The notes beneath the pieces were generated by a model. That model was given only the letters and a program-made list of their open reading frames with translations. It was not told where the DNA came from and made no database searches. From positions 1,248,001 to 1,312,000 of the forward strand of contig OY970176.1 of the NCBI GenBank assembly GCA_963707955.1: a DNA stretch of 64,000 nt, in the 5' to 3' direction. Below are positions 21,676-31,478 of the stretch, piece by piece; position 1 is the first letter of the stretch, and each line of letters starts with the position of its first letter. A program made the position numbers and the translations under genes. This DNA comes from Candidatus Bathyarchaeota archaeon. GTDB lineage: Archaea; Thermoproteota; Bathyarchaeia; Bathyarchaeales; Bathycorpusculaceae.

Positions 21676-23435
21676 TAGGTCTTGAGCTTAGACTTCTCTA
21701 TTAATCGGAGAATGAGATCTTGTGTCATATGAAAGTCTGTTAAGATGTCGATTTTTTCTTCTTTAGTCATCAATTCATAGAATGCGAAAGAAGGTTTTCC
21801 TTTTTCATGCTTTGAGGTGTTGACAAACAACTCATGGAGTGCATCAATCATAACTCCGAAGAGACGATCGCGATATTCCTCTGACAAAAGAAGCTTTGGA
21901 TTATCACCCTTTTGTACTTCTTTCCAGCCATAAGCTTTTTTGGATAAGTCGCATATTGAATCGAGTGTTGTCAAGCCTGTTTTTCGTTGAAGAAGTTCTT
22001 TCACTGGGTTCATTGCATCAATATCAAATTCCGTCTTTCCCTTCTTTGTGGTCTTCTCAAGATGCTTCTTCAAGTCAGGATGGGATGTTTTGATAAATTC
22101 ATTGAATCTATCCGTTTTTTCTTTGATGATGTCTGTGGGCTGTTCCTTTATTTTGTCTTGAACCGTTTTTTCCAGTGTTTTCAGAAAGGTTCTATTGGTC
22201 GCGGATTTCTTATTGATGACTTCTTTCATTCCTTGAAGTGCTTGTTCCGTTGGAAAACTTCGCTTTCGCTGCAACTTCTTTTTCAGATGTACGATTCTCT
22301 CATGTGCTGGCTTCACCTCACCAATCTCTATTTGTTTCTTTATTTGCTCGATTGGCCTGGTCACGATATTGTCTGATTGGTATTGATTCATCAATTGCAG
22401 TTGACCCACAAATTCGCCCACTTGTTGGTAGAACGGTTCGATTATCTCATTGTTTGCTTCGAAATTATTGCGGGGTGCATTTTCCTTTAGTGCGTCAAGG
22501 ATTATGTGAATTTCCCCATATTGCCATTGATTATAGTTTCCTGGATGCAGGTTTGAGACAAGGTTTTCATCTCCAATGGTGAACCCTTTTTTCTTGAAAC
22601 AGATTCCCCTATTTGGCGGATCCAGTTTACGGTTGGTTTTGCTTGAAAGAACCCATCCATATGCAACAGTTTCATTTTTGACAATGAATTTCTTCTCTAT
22701 GATTTTGTTGAAGAAAACGTTGTCGTTGTCTGGTGGACGAAAGATTTGTTGTTTCTCAAAAAAGATAGGCGTTTCTTGGATTTTGACATCATTTGCTGAA
22801 AGTTTCTTGGCAATCTCTTTTCCTAAAGTGAATTTCCCTGTATCGAAAGGAGCAGGAACAGTAGTGGAAAGATATTCTCTTACGGCTTTTTCTGTGAAAA
22901 TTGAACGTTGGTTCGGCAAAATGTCCTCAAGCCGAATCGTTGTGAATTGTGAGTTTTCAATGGATTCATCGCCACCTGTTTCTAACTCTTCTATATCTCC
23001 TGTCACGTCAGTTAACACTCTCGCAGCTGAAATATTGAGATTGTATTGTTGACGCAATTTATCAGCATCAATTTGGACTCGAAGTTTTGGGTGATTTTGT
23101 TTCTTAGTAATTATCACGATTCTTCGACAAGCAGGAATCCCGCTCCAAATTCCAATTCCTCTCCAACCAATCGCGCCAGGAGGTTTCTCGCTTATGCCGA
23201 GATAAAGTGCTTCCTCAAGTTTCCCCTTGTCCATTCCACACCCATTATCTTCGATAACCAAAACAGTTTGATTCTCAAAATATACATCGATTCTATTTGC
23301 CCCTGAATCAATACAATTCTGAACATACTCGCGCAGACAATTCAGATTTCCATCATAAAGCCCCGCTGTAATTGCCTCAATGAGTTTGGCCCCAAAAGAT
23401 TCATCGGTAAATTTAACCAAGGAAAACTCCCTCAA
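21675..23435 (-). CDS. GHKL (Hsp90/MORC-like, HATPase_c_3) ATPase with a helical C-terminal region (transposon cargo)
   Basis: LREYVQNCIDS N-box, IEDNGCGM G1 box, IGWRGIGIWSG G2 box; TAATG overlap with the radical SAM gene. Confidence 0.88.
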   Translation of the reverse strand: MREFSLVKFTDESFGAKLIEAITAGLYDGNLNCLREYVQNCIDSGANRIDVYFENQTVLVIEDNGCGMDKGKLEEALYLGISEKPPGAIGWRGIGIWSGIPACRRIVIITKKQNHPKLRVQIDADKLRQQYNLNISAARVLTDVTGDIEELETGGDESIENSQFTTIRLEDILPNQRSIFTEKAVREYLSTTVPAPFDTGKFTLGKEIAKKLSANDVKIQETPIFFEKQQIFRPPDNDNVFFNKIIEKKFIVKNETVAYGWVLSSKTNRKLDPPNRGICFKKKGFTIGDENLVSNLHPGNYNQWQYGEIHIILDALKENAPRNNFEANNEIIEPFYQQVGEFVGQLQLMNQYQSDNIVTRPIEQIKKQIEIGEVKPAHERIVHLKKKLQRKRSFPTEQALQGMKEVINKKSATNRTFLKTLEKTVQDKIKEQPTDIIKEKTDRFNEFIKTSHPDLKKHLEKTTKKGKTEFDIDAMNPVKELLQRKTGLTTLDSICDLSKKAYGWKEVQKGDNPKLLLSEEYRDRLFGVMIDALHELFVNTSKHEKGKPSFAFYELMTKEEKIDILTDFHMTQDLILRLIEKSKLKT

Positions 23436-23568
23436 TTAATCCTAATATGAACTGTTAGCCATTTAAATTCTTGTGTTATATCTTGCTTGAGTTTTTCCAT
23501 GACTTTTTGAGTTTAACGCCTTTTTCTTCAAACCAAAGCAACACATGGCTTTAGTACTTCACTATTCC

Positions 23569-23591
23569 ATCCCGATTAAGTGGACAGTATC
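23569..23591 (-). repeat. Right terminal inverted repeat ATCCCGATTAAGTGGACAGTATC
   Basis: Exact reverse complement of 16999-17021. Confidence 0.93.
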
Positions 23592-24316
23592 AGGTCCGAG
23601 GGGACTTGAAACCCACGGGGTGAATTTGTACTGTTTCCCCTTTTTTCTGTCGCCGTGTACATGCTTTAGTGTTTATGGCTCTGTCCTTATCATATTGGAG
23701 AAGCCATGACAGGCCTAACCTCTCAACCCAACCTTCTTGAAGATTTGCAGCGATCTAGAACTGTGAGTTCAAGCAGCCCCATCACTCTGGAACTGAATAT
23801 GTACCGCTTCCTCAATCATTTTCCCATTTTTGTAATTTAACCGAAGCACGCAGATGCTTTTGTTCTCCAGTCTCGCTGGGTTCCGGTTGCCGGTTTCTCC
23901 CGGGCTACCAAAAGCGCAAGCGTGAATTTATACTGAATTTCTTCCTTTTTTGGAAGCCTAGCCTTGAAGTGAGCTGGCCCCTATGCTCGGCAGGGGCTAG
24001 AGCATCAAGAAGATCTTGAGTCTCTTGCGCACCATACGTATCAACACTCATTTCTAATCACCATAAAGCTGTAATAGTCGCAAGAAACGAAAATTAGAAC
24101 AAGCGCGCTTTTTCAGAGCTGGGGACTTTCATCCTCACGAGAATTGGGACTCCCTACGATGAACGTCGCAACAAGGATGCGAGCCTGAACAATCCAAAAA
24201 GTGAAGGAAATACTGCGATAGAAAGGCTTAAGTCTGACCGGAGAAAAGCAGAACTTGAGGCGAGGATCATTCGACATTTCCGCGCTGGTTACATTCTGAT
24301 TCTGTTAACGCCATTC

Positions 24317-24745
24317 TTGTCCTTCGCCGTTATACTGGAACTAGGGAACACGCTGACTTTTAGCCAAAATTATCTTCTGCCCATTATGCTGACCACAGAG
24401 TTGAACGCTTCGATAGTGGCACTCTTGATAATCGGGATAGCCCTGTACATGTATGGGTACCTGAGGCGAGAGGCAACAGATGCCGAAGCAAAAGTGACTT
24501 TGCTGATCGGCTTCTTTCTCATTCTGTGGGGAGTGTTCACTTACCTTATTGCTTCAGGGTTTTACAATGACGCAATTGTTGGGAGCATGAACCCTGGGGT
24601 GAGGGCACTCACAATGTGGGACTACATGGAATACTGGACGTGGGAGCTGAAAGGAATCTTAGGTATAGGCACAGGGCTTCTATTAGCCGTCACATCACTC
24701 ACGAAAATGTACGCAGCGCGAGCAAGAGACAAAAGCAGTAATTGA
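24317..24745 (+). CDS. Hypothetical membrane protein, about three transmembrane helices; start uncertain
   Basis: Three hydrophobic segments in a 142-aa ORF. Confidence 0.6.
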   Translation: MSFAVILELGNTLTFSQNYLLPIMLTTELNASIVALLIIGIALYMYGYLRREATDAEAKVTLLIGFFLILWGVFTYLIASGFYNDAIVGSMNPGVRALTMWDYMEYWTWELKGILGIGTGLLLAVTSLTKMYAARARDKSSN

Positions 24746-25314
24746 GAAACGCATTTCGCCGTCTGTTGTTTTGGTGGCGCCTCCGAAGCTACGATTACAA
24801 AAGTTATAGAAGAAAGTTCTAAATTAAGCGTTCGTGAACTGAAAGTGATAAATGCAAAGGAGAGGTATAAAGTTGTCAAGTGATATGGAGATACGTAGAC
24901 CTGGGCATCCTTGCGTCGTTTTTGTGGGGGGTGGGGAGTCTTCATAATCAGCGCAACGATCTACAGCATGATAGGCTTAGATTACGCTTATTCTGTTCTC
25001 GAAAGCCGTCACCAGATCATCAGCAAGCATTCTTGCATGGGTTTTCGCAGTGCATGCATCTCAGTCGCGAGCGCTTTAAGGATTTTTGTTCTAATTTTTT
25101 GCGTTGCTGTGCGGCTGTTTGTGGTTAATTTTTCCTTTCTCCTATGGGCTTTGCTTGTTTGGTCGTGTGTTATGGCGCGGGTGCTTAACTAACTTATGAA
25201 ACAGATGCCAGTAGAAGAACGCCTAGAGCGCGCGCACACAAAATATATATAGAACTTTTTAAAAATTAACATTTTTCGATTGAAAAGTATAAAAAAACAA
25301 ATGAGGAAGGAAAA

Positions 25315-27921
25315 ATGCAAAAGAAAAGCTTTTTGCGCTTAGCAACAATTTGTTTTGCAGTAATGCTTTTAGTTGTCTTCATGCCCGCGCCTAAGGTTTC
25401 AGCTTCTGGAGCTTCTGGAGGCCCGACACTGTGGTGTAACCCCGAGCCCCTATTTGAACCCACGTACTTGGACTATTCGGCAGGGTATGCATTGCTCGCA
25501 GACCCTCCGACGTATTTGAATCTAGCTGCGTCGGCGTTACAGGTCACAGTGTCCTTCGCTGAGGCGGCTAACTTGGTAGGATACCTCGGAAAGGGGAATT
25601 ATTTGGGAGCTGGGATGACCACGACGAGCTTCGACCGCATCAATACAGGCGGGTGGTATGCTATAGATTACGGCTGGAGTTACGTCGTGTACATTAATGA
25701 CAGCGGCGGACCCTATATCAACATGGAGTGCTGGCAACTGGGGGAATACACTGGACAAAGCACGTGTTTGCTCACTGAAGGGTACTATAACCCTTCAATT
25801 TCCATCTCTGATGACATTACCTTAACTATGCAATGGGACGGTGCATCTGTTATCTTCTCCGTTCAGGACGGTTCTTTGAATGAAATCGTATATACTTTTA
25901 CGACAAGCTCACGTATGGCGCAATACTTTGAGGTGGGTTCTATTGGAAACGGCATTCCAGTGGTGGGCGGCCTGTTACCCACTGTCAAATACTTTCAGTT
26001 TGTGGGCGCTTGGAGCCCTTGCGCAGACCCGGGAACGAACCTCGATTGGACTACTTACCTATCTAATCCGCAGTTTATGCTTACGGGTGAAACTACGTGG
26101 ACGGAAGTCTGGATCGCATATACGACAACAGGTACCGATTCGGCACTCGACAACGGGTGGAGTTGGGGGTGGATACCAGGCTTTGACGATATCTATGTCA
26201 CGGGTGGTTATGATACGGATATGTTCGGAGTCATCAACGACCTCTATGTTGGATTCACGCACTATGCAAACCAGCAAATATATTCTGGCAATGGTGCTTG
26301 TTTGTGGGACATCCCGCCGGTCAACCTTCAGATTTCCATCGGCTCTGGTTCTGGTTCAATCAATCCTTCCGCAGGAAGCTATTCCTACAATTTTAGCACT
26401 TGCGTAACGGTCAGCGCGAATCCTGCCACCGGTTATTGGTTTAATCACTGGCTCCTTGTACTTAACGGCGAAGGCAACCTACCAACAGAGTCGTGGGAGT
26501 GTGCATCCCTTGACTGGTCGTTTTGTATGAACGCTTCCTATTCGCTGACCGCATACTTCACTCCTAATCCAACTCTGACTATTTCAGTTTCAGGTTCAGG
26601 TTCAACCACCCCGTCAGGAACGTTTTCCTGTTGCCACGGCTCTACCGTTACGGTTACGGAAATTCCATCGAGCGGTTATGCTTTTGCCTATTGGTTGCTC
26701 GACTCGACAACGTACTACTATACCACTTCGATTACCGTGACGATGGGGCACCATAGCCATTCGCTGACAGCATACTTCGTCGTTTATTATCCAACGTTGA
26801 ACATTTCAGCTTCGAGCGGCGGAACGACAATACCCATCCCAGGACAGTACTCCGAAAGCTACGGCAGTAGCGTGAACGTCACGGCTAACCCATATCCAAA
26901 TTACGCTTTTCAGTATTGGTTGCTTGATCAGGTAGTCAATATCAACAATCCAATAACTGTGGATATGACGGCTGACCATTCGCTGACCGCATACTTCAAC
27001 TACGTAGGTGGCGGAGGCGGGGGAGACGGGTGCCCGTACGTTTACGATTGGAACGGCTCGGCTTATGTGAAGGATAACAATATTCTGCCAGCGTCCGAAA
27101 CGGGCAACGGCACCGACACCAAAGACTACTGCCTGCTTCAACTGCAGCTCGTTCCAGTTTTCACCGCCAAAAAAGAGTCTGTGTACTCTCTGCAGATAGG
27201 CGAGTTTGAAAGCGAGATCGATTACATCGACCAGGTGAAACTCATGGCGGTCGACCATTCGCAGGGCACAAACGTGGCCGTGACGCCTGAAGGCCAGATC
27301 CTCACGTACACGAACCCGGCCAGCCCAATCTCGGCCATCGACAACAACGGCGTCAGCCAGCTGAGCGAGATAGCGACGATGAACGGCAACGTCAGCGACC
27401 CCTCCACGTACTTCCAGGGCAACACGGGAGACTGGCTGCTGCTGGACCTTGGCAAGGTCACAGGGCCATACGCCAACCTCATCCTAAGAGACGACATGAA
27501 TTGCGAGAAGATATGCTTGGACGTGCAGGTGCTCAACGCATCTGGCGACTGGCAGACGGTTGAAACGCTGCATCCCCGAGCCTACTGGAGCATTGAAGCC
27601 GCTAACATGGCTGCCTACTTGCCCAAAACGGGCGACTTCAAAGTCAGACTCTACTGGACGACGCCCCACAGGCTCGACTACGTGGGCCTAGACACCTCAC
27701 CGCCAGCTCCAGTGCAAGTGAACTCTGCACCCCCAACACTGGCCATCCACTCAACCATGGGAGACGTGACCCAAAAGCTGCTGTACGACGACGAACAGTG
27801 CGTGAAACTCGTCAACGGCCAGCACATAACACTCTGGTTCACACTGCCCAGCCAAGCGCAAGGCACAACAAGAAGCTTCATCCTATACACAGACGGCTAC
27901 TACTACACCATAACACCATAG
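25315..27921 (+). CDS. Large secreted protein with InlB-B/Flg_new-like repeats and a C-terminal CPYVYDWNG domain
   Basis: Signal peptide; three repeats of GSG.T.P..G.Y.Y...VTV.A.P..GY.F.YWLLD...SLTAYF; GGGGGDGCPYVYDWNG. Confidence 0.85.
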   Translation: MQKKSFLRLATICFAVMLLVVFMPAPKVSASGASGGPTLWCNPEPLFEPTYLDYSAGYALLADPPTYLNLAASALQVTVSFAEAANLVGYLGKGNYLGAGMTTTSFDRINTGGWYAIDYGWSYVVYINDSGGPYINMECWQLGEYTGQSTCLLTEGYYNPSISISDDITLTMQWDGASVIFSVQDGSLNEIVYTFTTSSRMAQYFEVGSIGNGIPVVGGLLPTVKYFQFVGAWSPCADPGTNLDWTTYLSNPQFMLTGETTWTEVWIAYTTTGTDSALDNGWSWGWIPGFDDIYVTGGYDTDMFGVINDLYVGFTHYANQQIYSGNGACLWDIPPVNLQISIGSGSGSINPSAGSYSYNFSTCVTVSANPATGYWFNHWLLVLNGEGNLPTESWECASLDWSFCMNASYSLTAYFTPNPTLTISVSGSGSTTPSGTFSCCHGSTVTVTEIPSSGYAFAYWLLDSTTYYYTTSITVTMGHHSHSLTAYFVVYYPTLNISASSGGTTIPIPGQYSESYGSSVNVTANPYPNYAFQYWLLDQVVNINNPITVDMTADHSLTAYFNYVGGGGGGDGCPYVYDWNGSAYVKDNNILPASETGNGTDTKDYCLLQLQLVPVFTAKKESVYSLQIGEFESEIDYIDQVKLMAVDHSQGTNVAVTPEGQILTYTNPASPISAIDNNGVSQLSEIATMNGNVSDPSTYFQGNTGDWLLLDLGKVTGPYANLILRDDMNCEKICLDVQVLNASGDWQTVETLHPRAYWSIEAANMAAYLPKTGDFKVRLYWTTPHRLDYVGLDTSPPAPVQVNSAPPTLAIHSTMGDVTQKLLYDDEQCVKLVNGQHITLWFTLPSQAQGTTRSFILYTDGYYYTITP

Positions 27922-28295
27922 AAAGCAAAACCAAGAAACCCAAACCACATTCCCCTTTTTTCTGTCCCAGTGTACATGCCTTAACGTCCACGGCTTTGTC
28001 CTTATCACATAGCGGGCGCGGCTAGGTGTCGGTCGTGTCAAAAGATAGCAAATCTTGGGCTTCCATCAAATCCCGAACGGAGCAGTTTTTCCATAAACTG
28101 TAGAGGCTACACGCACTCAAATGCGCGCGCTATCTTTGGTCTAGACCAAACTTGTTTTTATAGCGCTTATGGAAGGGCGAAGGATGGATGTCATGCTGCG
28201 TGTTTCCGAGTGCTTAGTTGAGAGGGTTGTTGAGGGCATCATCGTGGATTGCATTGAGAAAACCCTTACAATCCTCTTAGAGTGTGTTGTTGAGT

Positions 28296-28412
28296 TGGGA
28301 AACAGTGGAAACATGGGAATTTTGGAAACAAAGCTTTGAACGGGGAGATCATGAGAAACAGGGCTTTTATTTCGGAGACAGTGTGGGAAACCTGTGGAAA
28401 CATGAGAAACAT
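28296..28412 (+). repeat. Cluster of about eight short GGAAAC/GAAACA direct repeats
   Basis: GGGAAACAGT, TGGAAACATG, TGGAAACAAA, GAGAAACAGG, GGAGACAGT, GGGAAACCTG, TGGAAACATG, GAGAAACATG. Confidence 0.65.
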
Positions 28413-28457
28413 GGCGCTGATCGGTGTGTCAGGGCTAGAATGCTCTGGGATGCTTCA

Positions 28458-28962
28458 CTAGTATCTTCGAAGCGGCTGGCCTTCTTTAACGTATGATCCG
28501 CAGAGGCTGCAATAGTATCCATTTTTGATTTTGAGGATGTACTTTCCCACGCACGTCGGACAGGGCGTATTTCTTAGCATTCTTACCTTGCTCCACGCTT
28601 CGTTGGCTCCTTTCATTGCTGTGTCCAACTTATTCCTCAAAACATTGTTATCAGACTCAAGCTTGTTGATTCGCTCCCACGAGTTCTCCTATTTCCTCTA
28701 TCTCTGCATCTGCCATCAGGATCTCCTTCTCAAGCTGTCTCTGCCTCAACTTCTTCTTCAGACCAATGATTTCTGGAGCATGCTCAATGTCGGTTTCTTC
28801 AGTTTCAGGGCTGACAACCACACGTTTCTTCCTCACTTTGGAGATCCATTTCAGGCTTTTCCTCTCATTGAAGTTATTCCTTATTTCGGCTTGAAGCTGC
28901 CTCAACGTTTTGTCGACATTTTCGCTGATGCATTCTTGGACCTCGTGCTCACTCAATGCTTT
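28458..28962 (-). pseudogene. Probable fragmented coiled-coil plus zinc-ribbon protein (ORFs 28657..29052 and 28458..28640)
   Basis: Coiled-coil KKKLRQRQLEKEIL followed in another frame by CPTC...CSLC. Confidence 0.4.
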
Positions 28963-28984
28963 CCATACCTCGCGATAAGTATCC

Positions 28985-29157
28985 GCGCCGTTGGATGATT
29001 GATCGAGAAAGAGACTTTGCTGAGCGTGCTGAAAAAGGGAGGGCGGAAGCAATGAGAAAACAACTGGCTTTTCGAGAACGGCAGGAGCCGTGAAGCCTAG
29101 AGTGAGTTTGAGAGATGGGTGGGCAGGAATGAACGTGTTTGTCGGTTCATATTTGGA
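28985..29157 (+). repeat. Dispersed repeat copy 1: segment A (28985-29110) contiguous with segment B (29114-29157)
   Basis: A aligns by eye with 36969-37089; B (GATGGGTGGGCAGGAATGAACGTGTTTGTCGGTTCATATTTGGA) is nearly identical to 38315-38359. Confidence 0.85.
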
Positions 29158-29305
29158 CCCAAATATCCATGGTACGTTGAAACCTAGGAGGGGAGGGATC
29201 TCTGGCCCGTCAGGAAGGGAAAGTGAGTCTATGGGTTTACGCTTCGAAGCTGGGGATGGAAGTTGGATCCTGAAGCGCGCTGCAGTGAGCGTTTTGGCAG
29301 GCGTT

Positions 29306-30027
29306 TCAGAGCTTCTCTAGGGCTTTGACAGCGTTGGGCAGTTCTTTCCATGAGTAAATTATCATGTCGGGTTTAGCGTTGCTTGCAGCCATGTTGGTTG
29401 ACGGTCTCTTCAGCAATATGGTGTGCAACCCCACTTTCTTGGCGCCTTCAACGTCATGGTCCAATTCGTCTCCCACGTACACCGTCTGCGATGCTGATAT
29501 TCGCATGAGCTGCAAAGCCTTCTTGAAAATCCTCGGGCTTGGCTTTCGCCATCCATCATCAGCCGACACGACGATCACGTCGAAAAGCTCAGCCACACCG
29601 AACCGCATAAGAGTCCTACTGACCGCCGGCGAATACGCCAAGTTGGAGACAACGCCTAACCTGTACCTCTTTCTCAACGTCCGAAGCATAGAGGGAACGC
29701 TTCTCTCCATCGTCCTCGCCTGTATCCAGCACTGCATGAAAGCTTCCGTCGCTTCCACAACGGCCTCATCAACCGGCTTCAAAGAAACGCCGCACAGACC
29801 CAGTGTTCGGGAAACCACCACGCTGAACGGCACTTCTCGAACAGAGTTGTCAGCAAGGATTCCCTCATAAATCACCCCATAAGCCCTCTTGAAACCCTCA
29901 AAGGAAACCATGATGCCGTTGCGTTCCAGACTCTTCACAAGACGCGACAAGCATGTGTCAAGATTGTACCGAGGAGAACCTGCACCAACGTGTCACCGAA
30001 ATCAAAAAGAACATTCCTAATCCGCAT
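29306..30027 (-). CDS. HAD-superfamily hydrolase with a frameshift near 29979
   Basis: Motif I MRIRNVLFDFGDTL lies upstream in another frame; VVSN, KPSPRIF and YVGDELDHDVEGA lie in ORF 29306..29950. Confidence 0.87.
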
Positions 30028-30123
30028 GTTCACACTGCTCTTCTTCTTCCAACATGCTTAACGGGGTTATATAGGAAGCGCGCGGGGACGCAGAGCCCGC
30101 CGCTCTTTTGGACAGCGCGCGCC

Positions 30124-31368
30124 TTAAACTTGCTTAGCACTTGTATCAGATATCGTGAAGTAGGCGATTGCAGCGATTGGGATTGCGGCTATACCCAGCA
30201 GTATGAAGGGTGTTGTTGGGGCTACGTAAGCGTAAAGCGCGCCGACCAAGAGCGACGCGAACGCCTGGCCCATGTACATGAAGAATTGGCTGCATCCAAC
30301 CACTTTGCCCCTGAGCTCTCGTGGAGTCAAGTCTCCTACTAAGGAGGCGTACCCTGTTCCCACCAACATCTGGGCGAGACCGAAAAGGAAGACGCTCAGC
30401 AAAAGCGTGTAAAAGCTCGCGCTTAAAAAGATGAGCATAGCTGGAGTGAACAACAGAAAACCCAGAATCAAAAACTTTTTGCGCCCAGTGACATCCATTC
30501 GGATGCCTGCGAGAATTGAAGGTATCGAGATACTAACAGCCATGAAAGCCATGACTACAGCCCATTGGAACATGCTCACGTGAAGAAAACTCGTGGCGTA
30601 CACGACGAAATACGCTTGGCAGCCAAAGATTAAGCTGTTTATTCCAGCGTTTGTCAGGAAAAGGTAGAAAACGGCCTTCGGAACTTTGCTCCAGACGTCC
30701 AGACTTTCGCTCACGGATTTTGGGTATTCTCGAAGGACAGCTAAGACGCTTGGAAGACTTTTCGTGTTGTTACTTGGCAGGGTTTCTTTAAGCCTGATTC
30801 TCAACGTGGCAGCGATGAAATAGCCGATTAACACGATCGCGTAAGCTATGCGCATGCCAAAATCAAGGTTGAACACCAACACCAAGTAACCCGCTATTAA
30901 CGCCGCAGGCAAAGAGAACAGGTTGGTCACAACCGCTTGGAACATGAATCCCTGTCCTCGATACTCAGGGGCAACAGAATCCATCATAATCGCATACATC
31001 GCAGGCTGATAAAGGAGACAGAAATTCTGAATCACCACACCCAACACTATGAATTGCCACGTCGGAGCAAAAATGAAGAAAAACGTCGAAAGAGCAACAC
31101 CATACGTCATAACAACCACGAGCAATCGTCTACCATGCCGATCCGCCAAGTACCCCCCTGGAAACTGGACAAGGGCAATCGCAATCGACCCGGCGAAACC
31201 TATCACGCCTAAGAGAAAATAGTTCGCACCTAGACCCTCGAAAAACAAGCTCGAGTAGGTCTGAGGAATCGGGCCTGTGAAATTCATCAGAATCCAGCTC
31301 ATAACGAGAATTAAGAAGTTGCCTTGAAGGAACACGTAACGGCTGCGAAGACGCGAACTCAGATTCAT
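30124..31368 (-). CDS. MFS transporter
   Basis: GGYLADRHGRR motif A; 12 hydrophobic segments. Confidence 0.92.
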   Translation of the reverse strand: MNLSSRLRSRYVFLQGNFLILVMSWILMNFTGPIPQTYSSLFFEGLGANYFLLGVIGFAGSIAIALVQFPGGYLADRHGRRLLVVVMTYGVALSTFFFIFAPTWQFIVLGVVIQNFCLLYQPAMYAIMMDSVAPEYRGQGFMFQAVVTNLFSLPAALIAGYLVLVFNLDFGMRIAYAIVLIGYFIAATLRIRLKETLPSNNTKSLPSVLAVLREYPKSVSESLDVWSKVPKAVFYLFLTNAGINSLIFGCQAYFVVYATSFLHVSMFQWAVVMAFMAVSISIPSILAGIRMDVTGRKKFLILGFLLFTPAMLIFLSASFYTLLLSVFLFGLAQMLVGTGYASLVGDLTPRELRGKVVGCSQFFMYMGQAFASLLVGALYAYVAPTTPFILLGIAAIPIAAIAYFTISDTSAKQV

Positions 31369-31478
31369 CGTTCAAAGTTCATTCCAAGCCAACATATAAA
31401 CTGCAACCAGCAGGAACTCACGCGCTAGATATCCGTGTTTTGGAAGGATGTGGTTGTTGTGTTTTCTCTGGGTTCTAT

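Larger units (their letters stand above)
16999..23591. mobile_element. IS6-like cargo-carrying transposon, 6593 bp, all genes on the minus strand
   Basis: Perfect 23-bp terminal inverted repeats; internal DDE transposase; visibly more AT-rich than the flanks; truncates the adjacent gene. Confidence 0.88.

Noticed and set aside
24880-25192. Plus-strand ORFs 24880..25128 and 24911..25192
   Set aside because: No motifs; the minus strand may hold a frameshifted small-protein remnant (KILKALATEM...LADDLVTAFENRI), too uncertain to call
28296-28412. GAAAC repeats as CRISPR repeat ends
   Set aside because: Too short and irregularly spaced, with no unique spacers of constant length
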